This document shows positions 1 to 8,527 of a DNA stretch of 64,000 nt, piece after piece. Position 1 is the stretch's first letter. Each line of letters begins with the position of its first letter. Source of the stretch: Akkermansia sp. (lineage in GTDB: Bacteria > Verrucomicrobiota > Verrucomicrobiia > Verrucomicrobiales > Akkermansiaceae); assembly GCA_045637025.1 (NCBI GenBank), contig JAZTYM010000001.1:7998-71997 (forward strand). The letters are read 5' to 3'. Both the position numbers and the translations under genes were made by a program. The notes under the pieces are model-generated. The model was given only the letters and a program-made list of their open reading frames with translations. It had not been told where the DNA came from and searched no databases.

Positions 1-3000
1 CAGCACATCACCATTGGTGATGCTGTTGGTAACGTTCCCCTCATCGACCCAGCCCATACCCGCGGCATCCACTCTCATGGCGCCGCCACTCATGAGGTCC
101 AGCACGATATTGCCGTTCACCGTGCCACCGTTAGAGCCACCCACGAGCTGAGACTGGACGTAGGCATCCCCCTCCATGCGGATGTATATATCCCCGGTGA
201 CGGTATACGCATGGCCACCACCAAAGACGCGCTTGGTGCTCCCCTCGCTCACCGCGCCCAATGTGCCGCCAGCCAGCACCATCTCCACGGCGCGCAGCCG
301 GCCATCTACCACTTGAGTACCGGTCAGGTTCACATCATACCCTGCGGCAAAGATTTCACCTATCGTGCCATCATCCACAAACACGTGTGCCGTGCCCTTC
401 TGCGAATAGCCCCACTCATATGAACCACCTACAAGCAGGTGAATATTGCCATTTCTTACGGTGACAAAGCTCTCCGCGTTCTTCTGCTCCATGCGGTAGG
501 AACCACCCACGACCAAAGTCTTCTCGGCCGCGGTATCCACCAGCACATGTGTGTCAGCGGATTGGGGTGTATCCACCCAATCATACTGACCACCAATCAC
601 ACGTTCAATGGCAGAGCGGTCGTGTATCCACACTTCATAATCAGGCCGTGTCGCGCCCCATGTACCACCAGCTACCCACGAACCAGTAGCAGCAGAGGTA
701 AGAGATACCACGATGGCTTTACCGTCGTTGACCTTCTCGGCATTGGCCTCATTCACGACGAAAGCATAGGTGTAATAATCGCCCCCAGCTGCCATGAAAA
801 ATTTTTCATCCGATCCAGCATATCGGCGCGACAGCGCGGGTGACTTCTCCATCTTGCCCCAGCGCTCATCCCACTGCGGCATGCCCACAGAGGTATCATC
901 AGCTATGCCGTCGCCATTGGTGTCATTGCCGATACTCAAGGTAACCGAACCATCTTGATTATCCTCAAAATCAGCCACAATACCATCCGCAAGACCGGTT
1001 ACATACTTTCCGTCTGCCGTGTTCGTACCGGCAAGTCGCACGCCATTAATCAAAACCTGATAGGCTTTCAACGACTGGTGGCTGTATATGTCAAAACGCC
1101 CCGTATTCAGCTCCGCATTCTTTTCGTGCTGAATAAACTGGTACGTCACAGCACCAGGATGAGCGGCGTCTGTCGCGAATTCGTACTTGAGCTGGCCAAT
1201 TTCGATGGTGGCATCCGTCAGGTAAATGATGCCTTTGTTGACCAAGACGTCGTTGAAGGTCAGATTGCCCGTAAAATAGTATCTACCAGACTCATCGACA
1301 ACCACGTTTTGGCCAATGGTCGCGTCCTTCACCGCGTAATAACCTGTTTTTTGAGAAGCGCCTTTGTCAGAAGTGGTCAGCTTCACATGCGTCAGGTCCA
1401 CATCGCCCAAAACGTGGGTATCTTCCAGCGTGAGATGGGATACAGAGGCCGTGCCATTGATGGTAGCCTGCGCCACCTTGCTCAAATCCTCGGACGTGCC
1501 GCGGATTCCGGTCGCATCCAAGGTGACACCACTGAGCACCGCATCGCGGTATGTGGGCGGAGACATCTCGTCATCTCGCACACCGGCTACCGTGTACTTG
1601 AATGAACCATCGGCCGCTGGTCCCATCTTCAATTCGATGGGGACGCCGAAGCTGCTACCGCCTTGCAGCACAAGTTGTGCATCGTGGTCCACCGTCACTG
1701 TACCCCCCACAGCATAAGCTTCATACATATCCAGTGTACCGGCCTGAATATCGATATTGCCCAAGGCGCTGTCTGCGCTCATGTTGTTGTACAACTTGAG
1801 TTCGACCCGAGCCTCACCATCCTTGTGGATATGGGTACCAGCCGCAAATGCACCATGATCATTGAATTCATAATCGGTGGAATCAGCAATGAAATAAATA
1901 TACCCCGGATCCACCGTACCGTAGACGGCTATGTCGCTGGCGCCACCATCCAAATCACCGAAAATGGCAGCTTTGTATTCCGCGTTTTCATCGTAATTGC
2001 CATTGCCGCTACTCCAGTTGCCGCCTTGGTCCGTCGTGGACCACACGTAGTAGTAACCGTAGGTTTTTTCACCCTTACCTTCCCACACGTTGCCCATCAA
2101 GGTGTGGATGTAGAGCAAGCCGCTCTCGGCATCAAGCCCCAGCTTGTACTGCGATGCGCCGAGCTCCACGCCGTTATCGTGCTGCACGTTGAGGCTGATA
2201 TTGTCGATGTCGATAGAAGACAGGCCCGTCATGAGGTTGTAAGTCCTCATCGTCTTCAGTTCATCCGAGAAGGAGACGTTGAGCACCAGTGTATTTTCAC
2301 CGGCAGCCATTTGGGTGGAACCAACTTGCAGGGCAGCTGCGGCGGCGGAGAATTCATCCGTGTCAGTGATGGTAGAATAAGAAATGGTGGAGCCGCTGGA
2401 CAGGGTGAGGCTGTTCAACTGCACAGCAGAGGCGGTATCCAGAGCCAGCGTGGCGCCATTGCCCAAGGCCACTCCCGCCTGTGCCAGAGTGGTGGCATTC
2501 AGCATCTCCAGCGTAGCTCCCTGCTCCACCTGCACCGTGCCGGTGAAGGACTGAGCGCCAGAAAGTGCCACGGTGCCCTCGCCGGTGAGGCTTACCACCC
2601 CATCGCCGGAGAGCGTACCGCTGATATTCAGGGTGCTAGTGGGCTGGTCGTCCTGCGTGGGCTGGTCGGCATGGAGGGTCAGCGTATCACCGACAGAGAG
2701 GTTGGCCTTGATGCCGTTGCCCGCATCTGCATAGGAGATGCGCACCCCATCTGCCAGCTGCAAGCCAGCCCCATTTGCCGCGCCGTTGATGGCACTACCA
2801 CCCGAAAGGGAGATGGCATTGCCAGTCGAGATAGACTGGGTGGTGCTGCCCACATCGAGTCGGGAGCCATTCTTCAGCACGATGGCACCAGACCCAGCCG
2901 CCATGAAATCATTCGCATTCTCCGCCAGTGTCAGCTTGCCGTTGTCCAGAGTCAGGGAACCATGTATCGCGCCCGTGGCGTTCTTCACCGTCACAGCACC

Positions 3001-5193
3001 CACGCGCACAGTCAAGTTGCCCAAATCCTGCATCTGGGTCACGGTAGCGCTGCGAGCTTGCACGATAAGGCCCAAATCCGTATAGCCATCGGCATCGGCC
3101 GTGCCGCGTATGGCCATATTTTCTACCGTGCAGCCCGTGCCAAAGCGGAGTTGGGCGGCATCGCTCTGCACTAGGATTTCATAGCCGTGGTTGTAGGTGG
3201 TGCCATAGGCATCCAGAGCCAGCGTGCCAGCCAAATTGACCAGAGGGAAGGAGGAGGAGGACACGGCCACCGATTCTGAGGCCGACTGCACATGCACATA
3301 GGCGCCTTCGGCCACGGTGAGGCTGTTCACATGGATGTTGCCGAAATAAACCTCGTGCTGCTGGGTGTTGACAATCAATTGGCCAGCCGTAATACTCTCG
3401 GTATAATGCTGCTCTGCCGTGCCGCCAATGGTGATGGTGCCGGTTTTCCCTACCGAGAGTGTGCCGGTGACATTCACCAGCGCTTGGTCGTAGGCGCTGC
3501 CATCTTTGTCTCCGGCGTTCACCACAATCTCCATCCCCGCGGCCGTCACATCGCCAGAGATATCCAAGCGCCCTGCTGCCGTGGCATCACCCGCATTCAC
3601 AATCAAGGAGCCGAGGATGCTCATATCCCCCGCAATAGAGGTCGTGAGACCTTGTAGCTCAGCGTCTTTCACCACCGTCGTGGCACCAAGCAACTCGACC
3701 GTGCCCGCGCCACCGGTTGTCAGGTAGCCCTGCACCACCAGTTGGTCATGGAACGTAACCTTGCCCGAGCTGGGGGCCAGTGTCGCATCGGCCAGGGTCG
3801 CCACACGCGCACCGCGGAAGTTGTAGTCCCCGTTGGTGACGTTCAGCTTCATCACCACCATGTCTTGGGTGACGGTGATATCGCGGTGGGCGACCTCATC
3901 GCCCCCGCCAAAGTATACATTGGAAAGCGCGGTGAACACCTCTTCCCCTTGCGTGCCTTCTGTGAGGCTCCAGTTCGCCGAGGTGGGGTTCCACTTGTCG
4001 TCTTCCGAGCCATCCCAGTACAGATTACCCTCATGATCTTCGATGATAGTCACGGTGCCCGCCACGGTGGACTGAACGGCGGACTTATTCACCGCCACGC
4101 CGCTGTAGACAAACTTGGCGGTATCCCACCCAGTGATGGTACCCGATAACCCGTTGATGCTGCTGGGCAACTCTATGCGACTCTGCAAGCCATTGGCGGC
4201 ATCAGCCACTTCGCCGTTCACGATGAGCACCTTCGTGCCAGCGGAAAGACCGCGCAAGTCGAAGACGACGTTGTCCACCGCCAAGGTGCTGTCCGTGGCC
4301 ACACCCATTTCACGCTGCGATTGCGTCTCTTCAAAAGTGATATAACCCGTGAGCGTGCTCTCACCCGCAAACACCACGTTCTGCATGCTAGCATACTCAA
4401 TCGTCGTACCGGCATGCAGCTGCACATCCCGCAACACGGCCGCATGCACACCATCTGCCGAGACCATCATATTGTGCGCCAACACCGTCACGCCCGTCAG
4501 CGTGCGCACCATGTCGCCCGAGACCAGCATCTGCACATTTTCAAGAGTACCACCGTGGATGGCGTAGGCACCCATGTCCAAGGACACCGACTGCCCCAAC
4601 TCCAGCACACCTTCCTGCACCGTCACGCCCGTGATGGAGCCATGCGCGGCCTCCATGATGCGCAGCGTGCCGCTCCCCGTTTTGACAAAGGAGCCTTGCT
4701 CGTAGATATGGTGTTCGTGGCTTCCCGCAAAGGAAGTTTCCAAGATATTCGTCGTCAGCGTTTGGCCCTCAGCCACGCGAATCGCCAACGGCGAGGTGGT
4801 AGAGCCCATCACCATCGTGCTCTCAATCGTGGCAGACTTCTCCGCGCTCACCAAATCGCTCACCACCAAATCGCCGCCGCTGATGCTGTAGCCGCTGCCG
4901 GTCAGCTCCACCGCCGCCGCGTTCACGCCCTCGGGCACAATCTCCACCGCCTTGTTCAGCGCATCATCCTCGCCAAAAACCACGTGGGAGCCGCTCGTGT
5001 AGGTCGACTCAACGCCTTGCTCATCTTCCCATACGGCCGTGGTGCCCGTATCCCACACCGCGGGTTCGCCCACCGCAGAATCCCAGCGCAACGCAGGCTC
5101 CATTTCTGCCGCAGCAAGGGCCAGCGTGGTGCTCGGTACACATACCACGGCCATCAATGCCTTGAAGAGTCTATGAGGAAGGTGAAATTTCAT
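1..5193 (-). CDS. Giant secreted PATR-type (autotransporter-associated beta-strand repeat) surface protein; 3' end lies beyond the window
   Basis: Absent from the ORF track because no stop codon lies in the window. Hand translation of the minus strand from ATG 5193-5191 (MKFHLPHRLFKALMAVVCVPSTTLALAAA...) stays open in one frame to base 1, which is 1731 codons. All listed minus-strand ORFs in this span are in another frame. The N-terminus looks like a signal peptide. It is followed by degenerate G/T/V/N-rich repeats such as GSGTLRIMEAAHGSITGVTVQEGVLELGQS and GDGVVSLTGEGTVALSGAQSFTGTVQVEQGATLEM. Confidence 0.75.
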   Translation of the reverse strand, partial: MKFHLPHRLFKALMAVVCVPSTTLALAAAEMEPALRWDSAVGEPAVWDTGTTAVWEDEQGVESTYTSGSHVVFGEDDALNKAVEIVPEGVNAAAVELTGSGYSISGGDLVVSDLVSAEKSATIESTMVMGSTTSPLAIRVAEGQTLTTNILETSFAGSHEHHIYEQGSFVKTGSGTLRIMEAAHGSITGVTVQEGVLELGQSVSLDMGAYAIHGGTLENVQMLVSGDMVRTLTGVTVLAHNMMVSADGVHAAVLRDVQLHAGTTIEYASMQNVVFAGESTLTGYITFEETQSQREMGVATDSTLAVDNVVFDLRGLSAGTKVLIVNGEVADAANGLQSRIELPSSINGLSGTITGWDTAKFVYSGVAVNKSAVQSTVAGTVTIIEDHEGNLYWDGSEDDKWNPTSANWSLTEGTQGEEVFTALSNVYFGGGDEVAHRDITVTQDMVVMKLNVTNGDYNFRGARVATLADATLAPSSGKVTFHDQLVVQGYLTTGGAGTVELLGATTVVKDAELQGLTTSIAGDMSILGSLIVNAGDATAAGRLDISGDVTAAGMEIVVNAGDKDGSAYDQALVNVTGTLSVGKTGTITIGGTAEQHYTESITAGQLIVNTQQHEVYFGNIHVNSLTVAEGAYVHVQSASESVAVSSSSFPLVNLAGTLALDAYGTTYNHGYEILVQSDAAQLRFGTGCTVENMAIRGTADADGYTDLGLIVQARSATVTQMQDLGNLTVRVGAVTVKNATGAIHGSLTLDNGKLTLAENANDFMAAGSGAIVLKNGSRLDVGSTTQSISTGNAISLSGGSAINGAANGAGLQLADGVRISYADAGNGIKANLSVGDTLTLHADQPTQDDQPTSTLNISGTLSGDGVVSLTGEGTVALSGAQSFTGTVQVEQGATLEMLNATTLAQAGVALGNGATLALDTASAVQLNSLTLSSGSTISYSTITDTDEFSAAAAALQVGSTQMAAGENTLVLNVSFSDELKTMRTYNLMTGLSSIDIDNISLNVQHDNGVELGASQYKLGLDAESGLLYIHTLMGNVWEGKGEKTYGYYYVWSTTDQGGNWSSGNGNYDENAEYKAAIFGDLDGGASDIAVYGTVDPGYIYFIADSTDYEFNDHGAFAAGTHIHKDGEARVELKLYNNMSADSALGNIDIQAGTLDMYEAYAVGGTVTVDHDAQLVLQGGSSFGVPIELKMGPAADGSFKYTVAGVRDDEMSPPTYRDAVLSGVTLDATGIRGTSEDLSKVAQATINGTASVSHLTLEDTHVLGDVDLTHVKLTTSDKGASQKTGYYAVKDATIGQNVVVDESGRYYFTGNLTFNDVLVNKGIIYLTDATIEIGQLKYEFATDAAHPGAVTYQFIQHEKNAELNTGRFDIYSHQSLKAYQVLINGVRLAGTNTADGKYVTGLADGIVADFEDNQDGSVTLSIGNDTNGDGIADDTSVGMPQWDERWGKMEKSPALSRRYAGSDEKFFMAAGGDYYTYAFVVNEANAEKVNDGKAIVVSLTSAATGSWVAGGTWGATRPDYEVWIHDRSAIERVIGGQYDWVDTPQSADTHVLVDTAAEKTLVVGGSYRMEQKNAESFVTVRNGNIHLLVGGSYEWGYSQKGTAHVFVDDGTIGEIFAAGYDVNLTGTQVVDGRLRAVEMVLAGGTLGAVSEGSTKRVFGGGHAYTVTGDIYIRMEGDAYVQSQLVGGSNGGTVNGNIVLDLMSGGAMRVDAAGMGWVDEGNVTNSITNGDVL

Positions 5194-5214
5194 GCAGTTT
5201 GCGGGTTAAACACA

Positions 5215-5268
5215 TGTGATGCGCCATCGGCCTACCCAGTGGGGTTCATCAGCCGATGGCGCATCACA
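5215..5268 (-). promoter_or_regulatory. 17-bp perfect hairpin in the 5' UTR of the giant PATR gene
   Basis: Left arm 5215-5231 (tGTGATGCGCCATCGGC) is exactly complementary to right arm 5252-5268, with a 20-nt loop. It lies 22-75 nt upstream of ATG 5193 and downstream of the predicted promoter at 5281-5310. Confidence 0.6.
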
Positions 5269-5280
5269 CGCGCGGGGTAT

Positions 5281-5310
5281 TTTGTATCACATCCTAGCGC
5301 ATATTGGCAA
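5281..5310 (-). promoter_or_regulatory. Sigma70-like promoter candidate for the PATR gene
   Basis: The minus strand reads TTGCCA, an 18-nt spacer, then TACAAA. It lies about 88 nt upstream of the ATG. Confidence 0.3.
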
Positions 5311-5442
5311 GCAAAATGCGCGGCATAACACGCTTTTTTTTTACAACTTACATCATTTTGAAAGCGCTGCATTTATACCTGTTTTGGGGCACAAAACACC
5401 CCTTAATTCATGACGAAAGGCCTCTCCGCCGCCGCTGGATGC

Positions 5443-6084
5443 TCAACAAGCCCCCTGCTCCACCTGGCGGATAACATCGCGAGCCGCTTGCGCCACGTCT
5501 GCCTGCTGCAACAGCCAAGAGACGATGACCACACGCCGAGCACCCGCCTGCAATACAGCAGGCAAGGTATCGGCATTGATACCGCCTATGCAGAACAAGG
5601 GCATATCCCCCACGGCGGCCTGCGCAGCGGCGATATCTTGCAACCCTATGGACTTTCTCCCCGGTTTTGTGCCTGTGGGAAACAGCGGCCCAAAGCCAAT
5701 GTAGTCGGCGCCCTCCTGCTTGGCCTGCATCGCCTGCTCCAAGCTGTGCGTAGAACGCCCCACAAGCATCTGGGAGCCCACGATGCGGCGCACATCTGCC
5801 AAGCTGCCGCCATCTTGCCCCACATGCACCGCATCGACCCCTATGTCGGCGGCCATTTCGGGGTAGTCGTTCAGCACAAAGATAGCGCCGCGCTCCCGGC
5901 AGATGGCTTGCATCTCCTCCGCCCACTCTTTCACGCAGCCAAGCTCCACACCCTTGGCCCGAAGCTGGATGATGCGCACGCCACCATCTATGAGCGCATG
6001 GGTGCGCGCCACGATTTGTTCGGGCTGGGTATACCCCATGTCGACGATGCCATAAAGGCGACAGTTGGCAAGAATCTGCTTCAT
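5443..6084 (-). CDS. thiE: Thiamine-phosphate synthase
   Basis: ORF-track ORF 5443..6243 is trimmed to the internal ATG at 6084 (MKQILANCRLYGIVD...). The 53 upstream codons are Arg/Ser/Pro-rich and run through the predicted promoter at 6126-6153. ThiE-family motifs are present: RIIQLRAKG, DAVHVGQDGGS, ADYIGFGPLFPTGTKPG and LFCIGGI. Confidence 0.85.
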   Translation of the reverse strand: MKQILANCRLYGIVDMGYTQPEQIVARTHALIDGGVRIIQLRAKGVELGCVKEWAEEMQAICRERGAIFVLNDYPEMAADIGVDAVHVGQDGGSLADVRRIVGSQMLVGRSTHSLEQAMQAKQEGADYIGFGPLFPTGTKPGRKSIGLQDIAAAQAAVGDMPLFCIGGINADTLPAVLQAGARRVVIVSWLLQQADVAQAARDVIRQVEQGAC

Positions 6085-6125
6085 GCCCCCACTCTGCCAC
6101 AAAGCTTCCGCCACGACAAGCCAAA

Positions 6126-6153
6126 AATATAGCTGCCGCCAGGGGAACATCAA
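6126..6153 (-). promoter_or_regulatory. Sigma70-like promoter candidate for thiE
   Basis: The minus strand reads TTGATG, a 16-nt spacer, then TATATT. The -10 ends 41 nt upstream of ATG 6084. Confidence 0.3.
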
Positions 6154-6185
6154 AGAGCATCCGTGTGGGGAATCACCCGCCCTCC

Positions 6186-6540
6186 CTCTGCGAGCCGCAG
6201 GCGAGCGGATTGATGAACCCCGAACGCAGTGAGCGGGTGACATCCCTTAGCCCAGCGTGCAGCCGCGGTCGTGGCGGAACGCTGGGATAGGCAAGAAAAA
6301 GGAATGGAACCCCGTAGCGCAGCGAAGCGGGTGGCATCAAGTGTAGCCTTGTGCTGCACCTCTGCCCATGGTACACACCGGCTGGGTATTCCCCGCTTGA
6401 TGCCACCCACTCACTTCGTTCGGGGTTCTCTCTCTTCTTCCGACTCAACCCAGCGTTTCGCCACTGCTGTGGCTTCACTCTGGGCTACCTGATGCCGCCC
6501 GCCTCGTTGCTCTGCACGCCTGCGGGGCGAGCGGAGCTTT
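6186..6540. repeat. Roughly 355-bp imperfect palindrome built from GC-rich repeat units
   Basis: Left arm about 6186-6341 is the inverted copy of right arm 6396 to about 6540. The symmetry centre falls exactly in CCATGG at 6366-6371. Each arm contains 2-3 copies of a unit like GAACCCCG.A.CG.AG.GA..GGGTGGCATCAAG, at 6216-6246 and 6307-6341 on the plus strand and 6396-6428 and about 6487-6530 inverted. No credible ORF is present. Confidence 0.8.
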
Positions 6541-6571
6541 ACAATTTGCCATGTGAAATGCTCAAATTTGA

Positions 6572-6611
6572 AATCAAAAAAGTCGGCTGCGCTTGGTGAG
6601 AAGCGCAGCCG
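6572..6611 (-). terminator. Rho-independent terminator of the NSS/MetS-like operon
   Basis: The minus strand reads CGGCTGCGCTT-ctcacc-AAGCGCAGCCG followed by ACTTTTTTGATTT. Confidence 0.7.
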
Positions 6612-6628
6612 AGAGAAGAAGAGTGCTC

Positions 6629-6645
6629 TTTTTTTTGGGGGGGGG
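6629..6645. repeat. T8G9 homopolymer junction (C9A8 on the minus strand)
   Basis: It reads tttttttt ggggggggg and lies 12 nt downstream of the micro-ORF stop, inside the operon 3' UTR. Confidence 0.9.
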
Positions 6646-6657
6646 AGCAGTACTGTA

Positions 6658-6783
6658 TTAGGCTTCGTCGTTGGAATCGTTGTCTTCCTTGTCGCTCTTG
6701 ACGAGCTTGGCGCAGCAAACGATGAAAAGGCCCCATACAATACCGATGGAGAGCAACATGGTGATGATACCTGCGATAGTCAT
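6658..6783 (-). CDS. MetS-like small single-TM subunit of an NSS transporter (41 aa)
   Basis: Found by hand because it is below the ORF-track size cutoff. It runs from ATG 6783 to TAA 6658 and encodes MTIAGIITMLLSIGIVWGLFIVCCAKLVKSDKEDNDSNDEA. The product has one TM helix plus an acidic tail. It starts 20 nt after the stop of NSS gene 6804..8510 and lies upstream of the operon terminator. Confidence 0.55.
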   Translation of the reverse strand: MTIAGIITMLLSIGIVWGLFIVCCAKLVKSDKEDNDSNDEA

Positions 6784-6803
6784 GATGAGATTAAAGGTTG
6801 GGA

Positions 6804-8510
6804 TTAGTTGTTAAAATCGTCGGGATTGGTATTTTTGTGGAACTTGTGGGAAGTAAAGATGACAAAGGCGAAGAAGATGGCCACCATCACGACCCAAACA
6901 ATGGGGAAGAGAGCGCCGGGCTCGCAGTTGAGGAGGTTCTGCACTTGGGCGCTCTGCTGGATGAAGATATTCTTGTAGAGCCAAGACCCGAAGATGATAA
7001 GCAGGATACCTGGGGTGACCCAGCGCACTACAAAACCAATGCCAGGAGGCAGGGGCATGGCTGCACCTTGGCGCAGCTCTGCCAGGCCATTCTTGGTGCC
7101 CCACGCATAGTTGAAAATGGTGAAGAACAGGCAAGAGGTGAGGTAGAGGAACATGGTGCCGAACCAGAAGTCCATGGTGTCCAGCGCCATCAGGCCATCA
7201 GTGAACCAGCCAACCAGCAGAGTGCCGATGGTCACGAGGAAGGCGACAAGGGCGACACTTTGAATGCGGCGCAGCTCCCAGAATTCTTCAAGGAAGGCGA
7301 TGGAGGGCTGCAGCATGGAGATGGCGCTGGTGATAGCACCGATGAAAAGCAGGAAGAAGAACAGCGTGCCAAAGAGGGCGCCGCAGGGCATGGCGGCAAA
7401 GACCTGCGGCAGCACGTTGAAGCCCAGCCCAAAGGTGCCACAGCCTGCTGCTGCGACCACACCGAGGAATGCCACGGCGGCGGGGATAATCATCATGCCG
7501 GCCATACCTACCTCGATGGCTTCGTTGGCGGAGTTGGCCGTGAGTGAGCTGAGGGCAATGTCCTTGCGGCGGCGCACATAGCTGGCGTAGGAGCATACGG
7601 TGCCGAAGCCGATGGAAAGAGAGAAGAACACCTGACCAGCGGCCGTGATCCACATCTCGGGGTTGAGCAGACCCTGCGTGAGGGTGATTTCTTTTTCCTG
7701 CACGGTCTTGCCCGGGTTGGCTTTCTCAAGGTTCTGCACCATGAGAGTCTTTTGCTCGGGGGTAGCGTTGGCAGGGAGCATTTCGACTTCCTTGCCATCG
7801 AGCACGAGCATGGTCTTGGTGGGGTTCCACATGTAGCCGAGGCCCTGGTTCACGTTGCGCTCGGGGTGGTTGGCATCGGGGGTGCCCAGCGTGAGCACAC
7901 GCACCAAGATGATGATGGCGGTGATGAGCAGCACGGGCATGCTCCACTTGCAGAAGGTTTCAATACCCTTGCTGATGCCGCGGAAGATGACGTACAGGTT
8001 GGCCAAGATGGCAATCGCAAAGAAGATAAGCTGACCTGCATCTCCAGTGAAGATGGAGCCATCGCCCGTCAGACCAACGAATTGGGCAAAGAAGTTGCCG
8101 TATTCATCGGGGGATTGAAATTGCAAATTGCCCATGGCCGAGTGCCAAGCATAGCCGATGGTCCAGCTTTCCAGCGGGATGTAGTACATGGCGATGCCGA
8201 TGGTGGCAATCACGCCGGCGATGCCGAGATACTTCCAACGGGCTTTGCCAGTCAGAAGATAGAAGATGCTCACCGTGCTGTGGCCACCGAGGGTGCCGCC
8301 TTTGCGGCCAATGGCCCATTCTACCCAGCTGAGGGGGATGCCCAGCAGCAGGAAGGCGGTGAAGTAGGCAATCATGAATGCGCCACCGCCGTACTGGGCT
8401 GCCAGACCGGGGAAGCGCAGGAAATTACCGAATCCAATGGCGCTGCCGGCTACTGCCAACACGACACCGAGGTTCGAGTTCCAGTTTTCTGTTTTCTTTG
8501 TTGTGCTCAC
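6804..8510 (-). CDS. Sodium-dependent NSS/SNF-family transporter, paralog 1 of 3
   Basis: 568-aa ORF with a GTG start (MSTTKKTENW...). It carries the NSS TM1 signature NLGVVLAVAGSAIGFGNFLRFPGLAAQYGGGAFMIAYF and is hydrophobic and multi-TM throughout. Confidence 0.9.
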   Translation of the reverse strand: MSTTKKTENWNSNLGVVLAVAGSAIGFGNFLRFPGLAAQYGGGAFMIAYFTAFLLLGIPLSWVEWAIGRKGGTLGGHSTVSIFYLLTGKARWKYLGIAGVIATIGIAMYYIPLESWTIGYAWHSAMGNLQFQSPDEYGNFFAQFVGLTGDGSIFTGDAGQLIFFAIAILANLYVIFRGISKGIETFCKWSMPVLLITAIIILVRVLTLGTPDANHPERNVNQGLGYMWNPTKTMLVLDGKEVEMLPANATPEQKTLMVQNLEKANPGKTVQEKEITLTQGLLNPEMWITAAGQVFFSLSIGFGTVCSYASYVRRRKDIALSSLTANSANEAIEVGMAGMMIIPAAVAFLGVVAAAGCGTFGLGFNVLPQVFAAMPCGALFGTLFFFLLFIGAITSAISMLQPSIAFLEEFWELRRIQSVALVAFLVTIGTLLVGWFTDGLMALDTMDFWFGTMFLYLTSCLFFTIFNYAWGTKNGLAELRQGAAMPLPPGIGFVVRWVTPGILLIIFGSWLYKNIFIQQSAQVQNLLNCEPGALFPIVWVVMVAIFFAFVIFTSHKFHKNTNPDDFNN

Positions 8511-8527
8511 GTAGAGTGGGGGTGTGT

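Noticed and set aside
1663-3174. 503-aa plus-strand ORF (also 4321..5328 at 335 aa, 955..1605 and 3742..4149) inside the first 5.2 kb
   Set aside because: These ORFs are antisense to the uninterrupted 1731-codon PATR frame. Their translations are His/Arg/Gly/Ala-rich with no motifs. This is typical of shadow ORFs opposite a GC-rich repetitive gene.
6085-6185. TPP riboswitch upstream of thiE
   Set aside because: The minus-strand leader is only about 35 nt after the predicted promoter. It lacks the conserved CUGAGA and ACCUGAUCUGGAUAAUGCCAGCG-type cores. The ACCTGAT at 6487 is on the wrong strand and is part of the palindrome.
6186-6540. CRISPR array
   Set aside because: The repeat units occur in both orientations as two mirrored arms. 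Spacing is irregular (about 30 and about 90 nt). The units are imperfect and no cas genes are nearby.
6150-6740. ORFs 6150..6410, 6173..6478, 6271..6492, 6351..6599, 6411..6740 and 6553..6807 in the thiE/NSS gap
   Set aside because: They overlap one another in several frames across the palindromic repeat and terminator. They have low-complexity R/S/P/A-rich translations and no start context. The only credible coding sequence here is the 41-codon micro-ORF at 6658..6783.
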